NCBI RefSeq assembly: GCF_036321535.1
Contig: NC_087436.1
Span: forward strand, 49,416,001-49,480,000
Length of the DNA: 64,000 nucleotides
Reading direction: 5' to 3'
From: Camelus dromedarius
Lineage: Eukaryota
A program made the translations under genes and the position numbers. Of this stretch, positions 10,672 to 22,359 are shown piece after piece. Within the stretch, counting starts at the first letter, position 1. Every line of letters begins with the position of its first letter. The notes beneath the pieces were generated by a model. That model had not been told where the DNA came from. It saw nothing but the letters and a program-made list of their open reading frames with translations, and ran no database searches.

Positions 10672-13600
10672 AGAAGTAGGATTTCTTACTACTTCTCCTG
10701 AAGGTTGAAATGGAGGCTTAAGAAAATTCAGGTTATACAGCTAGAAAAGGAAAGAGTTAGGAAGAGTACATAGATTTGTAGGACTTTGAAGCCCATGCTT
10801 TTCCCTTACACCAAATGCCTTCAAACGACTTGTACTGTGTTGATATAGGAACCTGACTTAAACCAGCTCTCAAGGGGGTGAACAAATTAAAGCCTGCAGG
10901 AGATCAGTCATGTCCAGCCACCAGCGTGGCGTCAGAAATGGCACTGAGCAGAAGTCTGCAGAAGCTTTCTGGTTCTTTGTGGCTATTGCCTCTGTGAATT
11001 CACCATGAAGGGTCTGGTGGCAGCCTTAGCCTGGAGTTGGAGTTGTTATATTGGTCAGCAAAGCAGGCAGTCAGGGAGGGAGCTGGGCACGGATCACGGA
11101 GAGCAGGACAGACTGGAACTTCTTTGTCTATCCTTCCCTGACTTGAGCAACCACGATCTTCTGAGCATAACGGCTGCTGCTTTCCTTGGCCTCCCAAATC
11201 GCACGCAAACGTCTCCGGGGCACTAACCCAGGACTACACAGGGAAGAAGATTCCGGGAAGTGTGGTTCCAGCTTATCTAAACAGACACAGTCTACAACCA
11301 CCAAAGGAGGGGAAACACTTGGCAGCCTACTTATGCTGGTCACGTCTTTCTCCATATCTTAGGAGAGGAACTGCAGGGCTTAAGACTCTTCGTAAGTGAT
11401 CACTAGCTGCCTTAACTTCTCACCACAAAACTTACCATCCGGAGAGTGGCTGTGGGAGTTGTATACTTTGTGCATCTAGTGTTATAAGTGTATTTTTTTT
11501 CCTGGGGTGTCAGTTTCAGAAGCAAAAATATGTGGTAGTTTTTGATCCATAATTCCTGCAGCTTTCTAGGAGGCTATTTAAAAATCTTCGGTTCCAGTAA
11601 AAATGGGAAGCTGTCAGTTTTGGAGCAGAGGTACAAAGTGAATGCTTGCCACTGACTGGCACCTTCACGTAGGCTACATAAACACGTAGGAAACTGATTT
11701 ATTGAGAGAGAAACATGACCTTCACCAGTTAACGTGACCACCCCTCCCTTCCCCCTGTTCTGTGGGTCAAGATCATTTGAAACCCTGCAAGTTCTCAGGT
11801 GAAGAGGATCCTCTGTCAGCCCACCCCTTGCTTTTGAAAAAGGGTCTCCGAAAGATGTGACTTTAATTCAGGGTCTGCAGAGTTTCTTTCAAAGAACTCA
11901 TGTTTATGTATCTGGAGTCCACCTCAGTCATGACAGACTTCATTTTTTCATATGGGATTATGTGTGTGTCTCCTTGTCCTCCAGTCCAGAGCATAAGAAC
12001 AACATAGGTGAGCTGTACCATCTACCAATTCTGGGCAAGATTTGCTCTTTTGAATAGTAATAATAGTCACTGTTATGTTTAATCATATTATAATTATTTT
12101 ATAATTATTACTGTTAGTATTATCATTCCTCTGGCTCCTTTTTTTCCTGGTGCTCTTAAGGTGTTTTACCATTTGCAGAGTTCTTCACAAACATTTTTCC
12201 ATTTCCTTCTCACAATTAAAGGAACATTTGACCCTTTCCACTTTATAGTGGAAATGGAATCTCAGAGGCATTACGGGATCTGCCTGGGTCACACCATCAA
12301 TGTCAAAGCTGAGCTCGACTCAAGGTACTGTTCTACACTTTATACCCGTATCATTTTTTCAACTCTTAACAAGCCTGTTTGTGTTTCTGATGTTTGGTCA
12401 CTTACACAATGTGAACTTCTTTCCAGTAGGAATTATGGAAATGCCACCAATTTAATCAATATTACCTACTTAAACAGTGAACATGTGACAGCTGACTTCC
12501 TGGACCAATTGATGAATTTGTTACCATTTGTTCATCCTCCCTTAAAAGAGGTGTTTCAGGATCAGTCTTTTAGGTAAATTGCACATTCTCAAGAAACTGA
12601 TTAAATCCGGGACACTTTGACTTCTTACAATGTCTAGCCCACAGAGATGGGTAGAGGATATTTCCTTTTGCCCACATGGAACAGAATAGAAAAATGACTT
12701 GTCATGCACTGATAATTGCAGTACAAAAGAAATGTGGCTATTTTTAAAGCACTATTTTCCTTCTAAGACCTAAAGCTTCCCAACCTCTTATAAAAATCTA
12801 TTCACCTGATATTGAAAGCTCCGTTCCCTGCACCAAACCTCAGCCTCTGAACCTGACGCAGAATGGCAAGTTCTCAGCAGATGATGCAGCCGCTGCCACA
12901 GTTGAAGCCTTTGTTGTTTGCACTTATCCGCACACGCAGACATCTCTGAATAGAGAGGCAGGTGCTGTTTGATTAAAAAAAAAAAAAAAAAAACCTGGTC
13001 CCCACAGTAAACGTGAGCAGCAGACAGAGCACATTTACATTTTTTTATTTTCTGCAGGAAACGTTCGATGAGTTTGGAATCTTGCAAATACCCTTCCGTA
13101 GTTTAATGCCCACCTCCCTCCATCCTTGACCAATTTCAGGATTTTAAAGCCGTGTTTAGTTGTAAATTCACACCAGGAGTTCAGAGGCAGGTATCCCAGT
13201 AGATGACAAAAAACAATGACAAAGAGAAAAATCATGGTATATTTCAATGAATACCCTGGATTCAGAATGAAAAGATGCTGCTGGCCTATTCCCATTTCTT
13301 ATTATTTAGAAAGGTTCTTTGGAGTTGCTCTTTGCAGACACAGCAAATTCACTGACAGGATTAAAAAAATTTGGAGCGGGATTTTAGATGAAAGTGTCGC
13401 TGTCTGCATATCAACGCCAGCTACAAATCAGCACCAACAATTGTTCCGTCATTAACAAGAGCCTGTGAACAGGAGCAGTCCTAATATTAAGCCTTCTGGC
13501 GCTTTCCTTGGATTTGTTTGACTTGATTGCATCCCGTTACATTTACAATCTGTTTTGTGTTATCGGCACATAGACTGACAGACTTTTAAATTCACATTTA

Positions 13601-14014
13601 GAAAATTTGAGAGCAGTTTTCCCAAAACAAACACTCCCCAAAAGAGTAATATATCAGCAGCTTTGACTTACACTGCCAATAAATAATATTTAGCCACTGG
13701 AAACAGATCATCTGATCCAATTAAAGAGGCATCCTGAAAGATGAGAGACCTAGATTCCACTAAGGGTTTACTTGGTTTTACTTTGTGCGTGTGGAGTTCG
13801 TTCTTTTGAGTAACTAGGCCAGTGTATGTGCTCCCGCCTTTACCAGTATAAATAAAGTAAATAAGAATTAATATCTTCCAGGGCTTTGGTTCTCTGAGAT
13901 GAAATGTGCTGTGGAAATGCAAAGACCTACTAAAACTGTGAGTTCCAAGTGTTATCATTTGGCTCAGACATACGAGCAGCTGGTTGCATGCAGAGAAAAA
14001 ATAAGAATGAGTCA

Positions 14015-14241
14015 AAATAACTATGTAATGAGTATTTATCCTGGGCTGGTCATGTCCTAAATGCTTTATGTTTGCTCTTCCTTTTCATTCTCACAACACC
14101 ACTATTAGCATCTCTGTTTTACACGCAGGGAAACTGTGGTTAGCGAAGTTCAGCAACTGGTCCAAGGGCACACAGCTCAGTGCCACACACAGGATTCAAA
14201 CTAAGGCTGGTCTGTCTCCAAAGCCTGCGCTCTTCACCACG
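14015..14241 (-). mobile_element. MIR SINE
   Basis: TTTTACACGCAGGGAAACTGTGG...CCAAGGGCACACAGCT...GGATTCAAACTAAGGCTGGTCTGTCTCCAAAGCCTGCGCTCTT is the reverse MIR core. Confidence 0.8.
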
Positions 14242-14929
14242 ATGTGAACTCAGGAAGCCACTGCCAGCGCCTTCTATTCTGAAGTCACCTTTCATGATCT
14301 GTTCTCCAAATCCCATGTGCTCTCTACTTTCATGCTTTCCATTGGTCATCTTTCCAAGCAGTGGGGAACTCAGGGGATGAGTTTCCAGGATAAGGACTCC
14401 CTGTTGATTCCCATAGCCCACATCTATCTTTTAGCTAAGGAAAAAAAACCTAGTTAAACAACTTTGGGTTCTCAACAAACAGGAGAGTTTTAAGGCTTCT
14501 GAGAGGGCTCCTCCATCATGATGTGGGTCCCACAGAGTAAAGAGGAGAATGTGTTTTCCACTATAATGTTCTAATTTGTTATATCAAAATAACTGGAGAA
14601 CTAGCAGAAAAATTAACTGAGTTGTTTGAGATTTCCTATTTGACTTAACACACGTAAATTAAGAATGTACAATATTCAGGCTTTGTTCTAGTTGGTTGGG
14701 GATGAGATGAATTAGACATGATAGCTGCCCTCAAGGAGTTTAAATTTAAATGAGAGAAATAGATCGATGAACAATTAACTACTTAAAATAACGTGAGGTA
14801 GGGACAAAAATCATTATAGGTTTTAAAATCCATAGCATAGGGAAAATTCTTTTTTATATTGGAAAGAAAATGATTTAAGCTAAAAACATTTTTATAATCC
14901 TTGCATAAGGCCCACTTTACAGATAAAGG

Positions 14930-15024
14930 TTTTGTTTGTTTTTTAAATGGAGGTACTGGGGATTGAACCCAGGACCTCATGCATAACTAAGAATGTGCTC
15001 TACCACTGAGCTATTTCTCCCCCC
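14930..15024 (-). mobile_element. Vic-1-like SINE (short form) with TSD
   Basis: ATGGAGGTACTGGGGATTGAACCCAGGACCTC...CTCTACCACTGAGCTA. TSD ACAGATAAAG at 14919-14928 and 15029-15038. Confidence 0.93.
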
Positions 15025-15059
15025 ACCAACAGATAAAGTTTTTAAAAGATGAAATATAC

Positions 15060-15260
15060 ATGAGTCTGGAGTCAATGACTAATCATTTCTGCCGATTAAC
15101 TGAATTACTATGGACAAGTTAACCATTATAAACCTTGGTTTTCATGTAAGATGTAGATAATAATCCTTACTCGAGAGTGCTGTTGTAAGGCTGGAGTATG
15201 AAGGCATTTTTAAAGGGCTTACAGCAGTGCGTGGCATGGACCAGCACTCCACATTTGTTT
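15060..15260 (+). mobile_element. MIR SINE (degenerate)
   Basis: TCTGGAGTCA...GGACAAGTTAACC...TGTAAGATGTAGATAATAATCCTTACTC...GCTTACAGCAGTGCGTGGCATG. Confidence 0.6.
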
Positions 15261-15436
15261 GCCTTGTCCTACCTCCCGTCACAAGCCCTGTTTTTCCTCT
15301 TTCTGATTAAACAATAGAAGAGATGCATTTTCATTAATAATAATGGTTATAAAGCAGAATACATTTCTGAGGTCATGTCTATAAGAGATAAGTGAATTCT
15401 GTTTTCTTCCTCATGCTATTTAAAATATAAAATGCA

Positions 15437-15572
15437 GGGGGGGAGAAGGTGTAGCTCAAGTGGTAGAGTGCATGCTTAGCATGTACAAGGTCCTGGGTTC
15501 AATCCCCAGTGCCTCCTCCAAAAAATAAATAACTAAACCTAATTAGCTCCTCTCCAAAAAAGAAAAAAAAAA
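15437..15572 (+). mobile_element. Vic-1-like SINE (long form)
   Basis: GTAGCTCAAGTGGTAGAGTGCATGCTTAGCATGTACAAGGTCCTGGGTTCAATCCCCAGTGCCTCC...CCTAATTAGCTCC plus A tail. Confidence 0.93.
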
Positions 15573-15599
15573 TTATATATAGAGAGAGCACGCTAAACA

Positions 15600-17540
15600 T
15601 TGAGTTAGGTGAGAAATAGGGGTTGTTGTAAATGCAGAGAGAGGCAGCCTCCTGGCTACCTGTTTACACATGGAATTAAGGGCACTGTATTTCTTTGAAG
15701 GACACTCAGGGCTCTGCCTATTATTTCCCCTGTGTTTTTGCAGTGAACCTGTAACAACAGTTGTTAAGGACCCCTTCTGTATGGATTCTAAGCTAGGCCT
15801 GTTCATGTACATCTACCTTCAGTTCTTCTGATCACTTTGTGAGCAACAGATGCAGAAATGGGAGACGTATAGAGTTCAAGATCATCTCATGCAGGATGAC
15901 AAACTCTCTGTCTTTTTACAGGTGTCAGGTCCTCATTGTGCTCTGAAGGCTTTTCCTACTCCTGCTCCCTCCCCCTTTATTATTCATGAGTTTTTCCTAA
16001 TAAATATCTTACATGTGTAATCCTATCTTGATGTCTGCCTCTGGTTGACCTGAATTTATACAGTTGATACTCAAAATGTTCTGATAAATCAGGTGGTAAG
16101 ATAGATTTGAGCCCTGGGCTCATTCACTGCCCAGCAGGTAAGGAGGACCCCATCTGAAGAGGAAGGTGGGAAACTGACAGTCCCTGGCACAGGATGGCAG
16201 TCCAACAGCTGAACATTTTACCAGTGGCGACTTGCAGAAACATCACAAGGGAGACCTCTTTGCAGGTGTGATAATTCGGGGATTTAGAAGACATGGGGGT
16301 GAGGCATGCAAGGACTGCAGAGTTGGCTGGTTATTACTAGGCTATGTTGACGCTCTGCAGAGGGATAATGAGAAGCTGAGGGCCCTTAACACACAACAAA
16401 TCCTCAGAGTGAGAACCAGAGTGCCTCTCTGGTACTTTATTAAGAGGCACCAATCTCCCTCAGTGGAGCAGTGAAGAGCTGAAGAACAGACTCAATACTT
16501 GATGGAGTTCTAGAAGCTGCAGAGATGCTTTGATGGGCCCTGATTGGGAAAACCTGGGACCCTAAAACATAGGATACAAGCATCTGGATAGATGCCCCCC
16601 AGAGGATTTTGGTTCTGTAGACCTTCCTGAATGTTCAAAGTTTACAGAACTAGTCTACTCCTCTATAATAAGAGTTGGCAATCCCTGGTTGTGGGAGATG
16701 AAGTTTCAGTAACCTGTCACTTCAGCGAAGTTTATAGGTACCCAGTGATCAGTAACACGGTGGAAGTTGCTCTCCTATGTAAAAGTCTAATTGCTGCATC
16801 TTGCATCCCCATCACAAGGAGGGAAGCACTGCTCCTGGTAGGTCTCCTCAGGTTCTAGATGCCACACCCTCTACAACTAGAAATGCTCCTGTAGCATATA
16901 CCCTTGGTTACACAGAAGGCTGTCTGCTTTGAGGGGGCACTAGAGCTGGAAAGGGCTCTGCATCGGGTTTAGGCTGCAGTGGGGTCTAGGTCCTCGGGCT
17001 ATGAGATCCATAAGACCCTACAGTGCTGGAGGTTGTCGGTATTGGGAAAAGATGTTTGGAGCCAATGGCAACCTCTAGTGACAGACACTCAAGGCAGGCC
17101 TTTGGGAGTTTGGAGCAAGGCCATGCCATCTGCAATGGAGAATGAGATACTTCCTGAAAAACGGCTCTTGGAGTGATCTTGAGTCTAGTAGAGATGAAAC
17201 TCTTGCCTACAGGATGCCGACTGAGCTGCCCATTATGAGCTAATTTCTGTTGGACTGGCCGAGTCATGAAGACAGATGGGCCCGGCAGCAGTCTATCACT
17301 AGGTAGAAGGGTATATCTAGGTGCGTCACAGGCAGTGACAGAGAACACAGTAAGCTGCTTGGCCAGGCAGCCCAGACCCTCGTGCCACTCATCACAGTCA
17401 CACCAGTGACATTCTCTCAGTTTGCACCTATGCCCATGGTGGGAGGGAGATACTGTACATTCAACTAAAGAAGAGTGAGAATATCTGAGCTTGGTTTATA
17501 GACAAATTAGCTCAGTATGCGAAAATGGAAAGTGACTATA
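15600..17540 (+). mobile_element. Decayed ERVL-class provirus: 5' LTR (to about 16062) plus deleted gag/pol internal remnants
   Basis: LTR 3' end with AATAAA (15999-16004) ending ...ATACA. Gag-like DALQRDNEKLRALN and WDPKT; pol RNase H-like RPLGVWSKAMPSAMEN (ERVL PLGFWSKA motif) and ELPIMS. Many stops and frameshifts. LTR 5' boundary uncertain. Confidence 0.78.
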
Positions 17541-18344
17541 TTACAAATATATTTAGTATAGCTGCAAATTATGGATAAAAATTAGACTATGAAAGTAGAT
17601 AATTTTAAATGTAAATATATGTCAAAACTTTATACATTTTTCTTGAAGTTTTTTTTTTTCTCCTGAGAAGAATTTTTAAGAATTCAGGAAACTTACAAAT
17701 TATGTGGGATAAAGTTATGTTCTCATATTTTCATTCTCTGACCACCCAATTTAGGATAATAAAGTTTTTAGTCTTTTACTTACACATTTCCATCTGCCCA
17801 GCAACTGGAGTCCATCTGGAATAATGTATTTTCATCAAATTGTATGGGTAACTCAAACCAGGATCACTCATCTGAAGAGAAAATGGTTGTTATTTCATAG
17901 GTTTCACACATGAGCAAATTGATCTATAGCTGTGAAATGAATAATAGTGTTATTTGACTATACAGTTAAATGAAAGTCTTGGAAATTGCATAGCTGAATA
18001 TTTTGCATTATTATTGCTATTTTCTCTGGATTTCTCTTTGGGAGGGCCTTTATACTTAGAAATTTTCTTCACTTTTCATCTTTCTATTAAACAATAAAAA
18101 GGGCTGTTTTGTTAGTCCAGGGTTGGCCGGCAGCTCTGGAATGCAGCGTGGATGTGACAGAACTATGACAAATGAACCACCTTTTGAGGCAGATTCATGA
18201 GCTTAAACTCAATGCAGGGCCTTTCCAATTAGTGATTGATTCCATCCCCAAATGGGATCATTTCACAATATGAGCTACGGATAACTGGATAGTTCTAGGA
18301 TGCAGTGTTATTTCCTCTTCCTGTCAGTGCACATACATGAATCA

Positions 18345-18490
18345 AGCTCTGGTATCTAGGTGACCTGGGCTTGGCTTGGCTTCTTCCCTATATTAATCCT
18401 GTGACCTTTGCAAGTCACTTAATTTGTTTGTGCCTCAGTTTGCTTATCTGTAAGATGAGAGGGTTAGAGTAGATTTATTTTCTTCTAGCT
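18345..18490 (+). mobile_element. MIR SINE
   Basis: TGTGACCTTTGCAAGTCACTTAATTTGTTTGTGCCTCAGTTTGCTTATCTGTAAGATGAG is the MIR core. Confidence 0.8.
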
Positions 18491-21400
18491 TTGATTTTTA
18501 AATTTCTAGGAACCAGATTTTTTAATATAATTAAGGCTGACTGAAATGAATATCTGACTGCCTCCAAAGTACTTCTTCCTCCTGAAAGTCTCTTAAAATG
18601 TTGTTTGAAGGTTAAAGGGATTGATATATGCATTGTGATTTAATTTTCTAACCAACACACAATTGTGCTAAGTCCTCATCATTAATTCTTTATTCTCCCT
18701 CCAACAAGATGACATTAAAATGTCCCAGTGTAATATTTTAAATTCTTTTCAGGCAGAGATAGACCTTGAGAGATATTGATCATACTTTGAAAAAGTCAGT
18801 TATCTGAATGGATGGCACATGATCTCATTTATATAGCATATTTCATATAGGAATTCTCAAAAAAAAAATGGATGAACAAGATTTACCATGAGTGGTCCAT
18901 CCTCTGGCCTTCTATTCTACTGCCAACAGCAGTCCTACCTCAAAATTTATCCAAATATTTAAAAAATCCATTCATTTCTGAAAGATACGAAGTAATAAAT
19001 TTCATAAACTCATTACATACTAGTAAAGTAGTAATTCTGATATTTGTCTAAAAATTGCCTCATTCTTTTACTCTAATATTTGCCTGTGTTCCTCTTACCC
19101 ACTGACCTGAGGGCATCTTTGATTCTTTACACTGAGGATAAAAAAAATCCTTCATTAAAATACAAGCAAACAAACAAACAAAAAACCCTTCATTTTGAGA
19201 ATTCACCACAGAAGAATAATATCACAGGAGAATCGATGCTTGGCAACTTTGAAGAATTACAAGAAAAGTCTCCATGCAAAGGTTTATAAGCAAGAAGGGA
19301 ATATGCTATGATCTCCACAACCCTGTCCTAGAGTAAGAACTCAGTCGATATTTGCCAAAAAAATGAAGGGATTAAATTAGAACAGCAAGTTTCTTTTTTT
19401 TCTTTCAGTTCAATGCAGATAGTGATTTCAGACAAAAAAAAAATATTATCTCAAATATTTCCTAGCCAGCAAATGTCATCACACCCCTCACCTAATTTTG
19501 GAGATTTTATCATGTCTAGCAACAATATTGTAGATTAAGATCTGCAACCATCTCATTGATTAAAAGGCCTTAAAAATATGATAATTAGAGCATTCTTGAT
19601 GTTCACTCTTTCTGTTGGAATTACTTTAATATTATCATTTCATTTTTGTGTTTGTTTGTTTCTTACAACAGCATTCGCATCTTGGCACTTACACAGAAAG
19701 CTTCACTTATTATGTCTGTTTCACAATTGATTCCATCCTTTGACTTCCTGTTTTCACAATTTACCAGCCAATCAAAGATATGTGTGGTTTGAAAGCACGT
19801 GTCAACTGAACAGATATCAAGAATAAAATGCACATATGCATCCCAAAAGACTTGTGTCAAAACCAGTAAGATTGCACAAGGCAGGAACTTCGGATAGCAT
19901 GTTCACAGAAGAAAATGGTCAGAAATTAGTTCATTCAGCATAGTATCTGGGCTTTAATAAACCACGTCTTATCTCCGTTGGCCAGTGGGCAGTTTCTAAT
20001 TGGTAAGGGTCCAAGGTAAGGCAAACAAATGCAAGGAAACCTGTCTGCCTGGCTTTCTACATCAGCAAGATAGCCCTATCGTACATCAACGGACAGGCTT
20101 CAAGTTGACAACAGGAAAAATGTGACTCAGCTTATACCAAAGGGGAAGTCCCGGTGTTGGGCTCAAACAAAGGGCCTGTCATTTTACTGCTCTGCTGGTC
20201 TGTCTTACCTTTTGTGAAGATATGCAGGAGCCGAGGGCTCAGTATTCTTCTCTGAGCCCTAGACAGGGACACTGAATTTAGTAGTGAGGGAGAGGTATTA
20301 CTCAAGGGTGAGAGCAGAGCAGAGGAAACAATGCAGAACTTGCGGTTAGGCTGGTAAAATGACACCTTAAATTCCAGGAATACTTCATTTGGGTATAGAA
20401 ACTGGATAGGCCCAGCAACAAAACAGAAGTGGTGCAAAATCCTCCCCGGAGTGATGAGACTCCTGAACGAAGAAGACAAAGAGGGTGGTCTGGGAGGGAC
20501 GTGCTTATTTTCTCCTCCCATTCTCACCTGTCTGCAATTCCCTCTGCAGAAGAGAAATCCCATTTCAGGTCAGCAGCTACCTGCTCACTGATGCAAACCC
20601 ATTTCTGTGATATGACGCCAAACACCACGTACATGTGGTTTACATGTTTTGTTATTTGAATTTTGGGGGGAATTCTTTACTTAAGACCCCTAAGGCTGAA
20701 GAAAACTTGATTTCTCTGACATCTGCGCTCCGTATTACATAAATTACACCACCACCACCCAATGGGCAGACCTCGCTGTACAATCAACACAGAAATATCA
20801 AGCTCTCCAGAAGAGACACTCCAAAAGGTCTGCGGTCTCCGACAACCTCTGTGCTTGTCCATAGTCCCTGTCTTAGGGCTTCACCTAACTTCACTGTTTC
20901 CAGTTCTTTATTGACTTTTGTGAAGCTTCCATCCTCTTCCTTCCCTGTGGTGTAGTGAGAAAACGGTAAATGTGCACGATTAAGGCCTTTTGGTGAAACA
21001 CAGACTTACTAACAGGAACCAGGAGAAGTGGCTAAATGTTGCTGGGTTTTCAGACGTTTATGGGAAAGACAATGGCAGTAGTCAAATAATCATTGGTAAG
21101 AACATGAGTTTTCTTAAGTCTCACCTTGTTAGATTCCATTGGGAAAAAATGTTTGTTATTTTTGACTGAATTATTTTTGGGGTATGAGGAATATATTTTA
21201 TTGTTTTCTTGTGACTTAATGGTCATTATATTCTGACCTGCGGTATAGTCACACCCCAACAGGTGATGGTATAGTAACACCCCAAGAGGTTACTAAGGAT
21301 GGCTTCTCACTACTGATAGAACCACATCTTCCTCATGTTTATGTTCTTGGTATATAGTCAGGACCTGTCAATTATTCAATAACCATATTTAGTTGAAATG

Positions 21401-22009
21401 CATACATTTTTAACTATGTTTTGATTAGCTATGTTGAAAAAGCCCCAAGGAACAGAAAGATATGTGATAAGACTGGTAGAGAGCAAGGATTAAAACAATA
21501 AAACTGAAATTCCCTATCCTGGGCTGGAAATCATAGTTTTGATTGCTCTCCTTTGGTTGCCACATAAATACAGAAGGAAGGGGAAACCAGTTAAAAGAAG
21601 TCTTCAGTGGCAGCAAAAAGACCCTGTGAGTTTTAAATGTCAGATTTAGATAACTTAAACTCATTACAGGGGAGAACATTTAAGAAATAGGAAAGGTTTT
21701 GACTTCATACTAGAGACAAGATTTCCAGAACCTTCCCTGATCTCAGATTAGCACGGAGTTCCCTCTCCTCCCCACCTCCTCATTCTTGAGTCTTGTGCTG
21801 CTTCTCCTTTCTCTGTTCCTGTACTCAGTCTCCTACGTCACGTGACAGTCACAAAATGACTAAAACCTTACTCACTGAATTTACTGTGTGAGCCAAAAAC
21901 AAGTGCTCTGGCAGCTCAGCAAGCTAACCACATCTTCTGTGTCTCAAAGGCAGCGCTGGATGAAAGCTCTCGATGGAGGTGGGAGAGGAAAGTGTGATCC
22001 GTCTTTTCT

Positions 22010-22359
22010 CAAATATCCACTTGGCTAACCCCATTGCCTCCTTCAAGTCTGCTCAAACCTCACCTTCTCAATGAGGCATGCTCTGACTATTCTATTTAGT
22101 GCTGCAAATGGCCCAACCTCCAATCTTGATCCTGGCACTCCTGATCTGTCTTCATCTACCTTATCTCTTTTCCGTTACATTTATCATCTTCTATGATATT
22201 AGCAGTCTACTGATTGTATTTATTTTTTGTTCTGCTTCCCACTGGAATGTAAGCTCCACAAGGGCAGGGATCTTAGTTTGTTGACTAGGTTCCAAGAACT
22301 GTGTGTAGCACATAGCCGATGCTCAATAAAGATTTGCAGCATGAATGAATGAGTGAATA
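22010..22359 (+). mobile_element. L2 (L2a-like) 3' end
   Basis: CCCACTGGAATGTAAGCTCCACAAGGGCAGGGA...GCACATAG...GCTCAATAAAGATTTG...ATGAATGAATGA. Confidence 0.88.

Noticed and set aside
10918..10935. CTCF-like site CCACCAGCGTGGCG
   Set aside because: It needs a 1-bp gap to fit the CCASYAGRKGGCR core, so it is not supportable.
16232..17348. Domesticated gag/pol gene
   Set aside because: ERVL motifs are scattered over different frames with stops and large deletions.
21242..21293. CRISPR-like repeat array
   Set aside because: Only two adjacent units with no spacer, in mammalian DNA with no cas genes.
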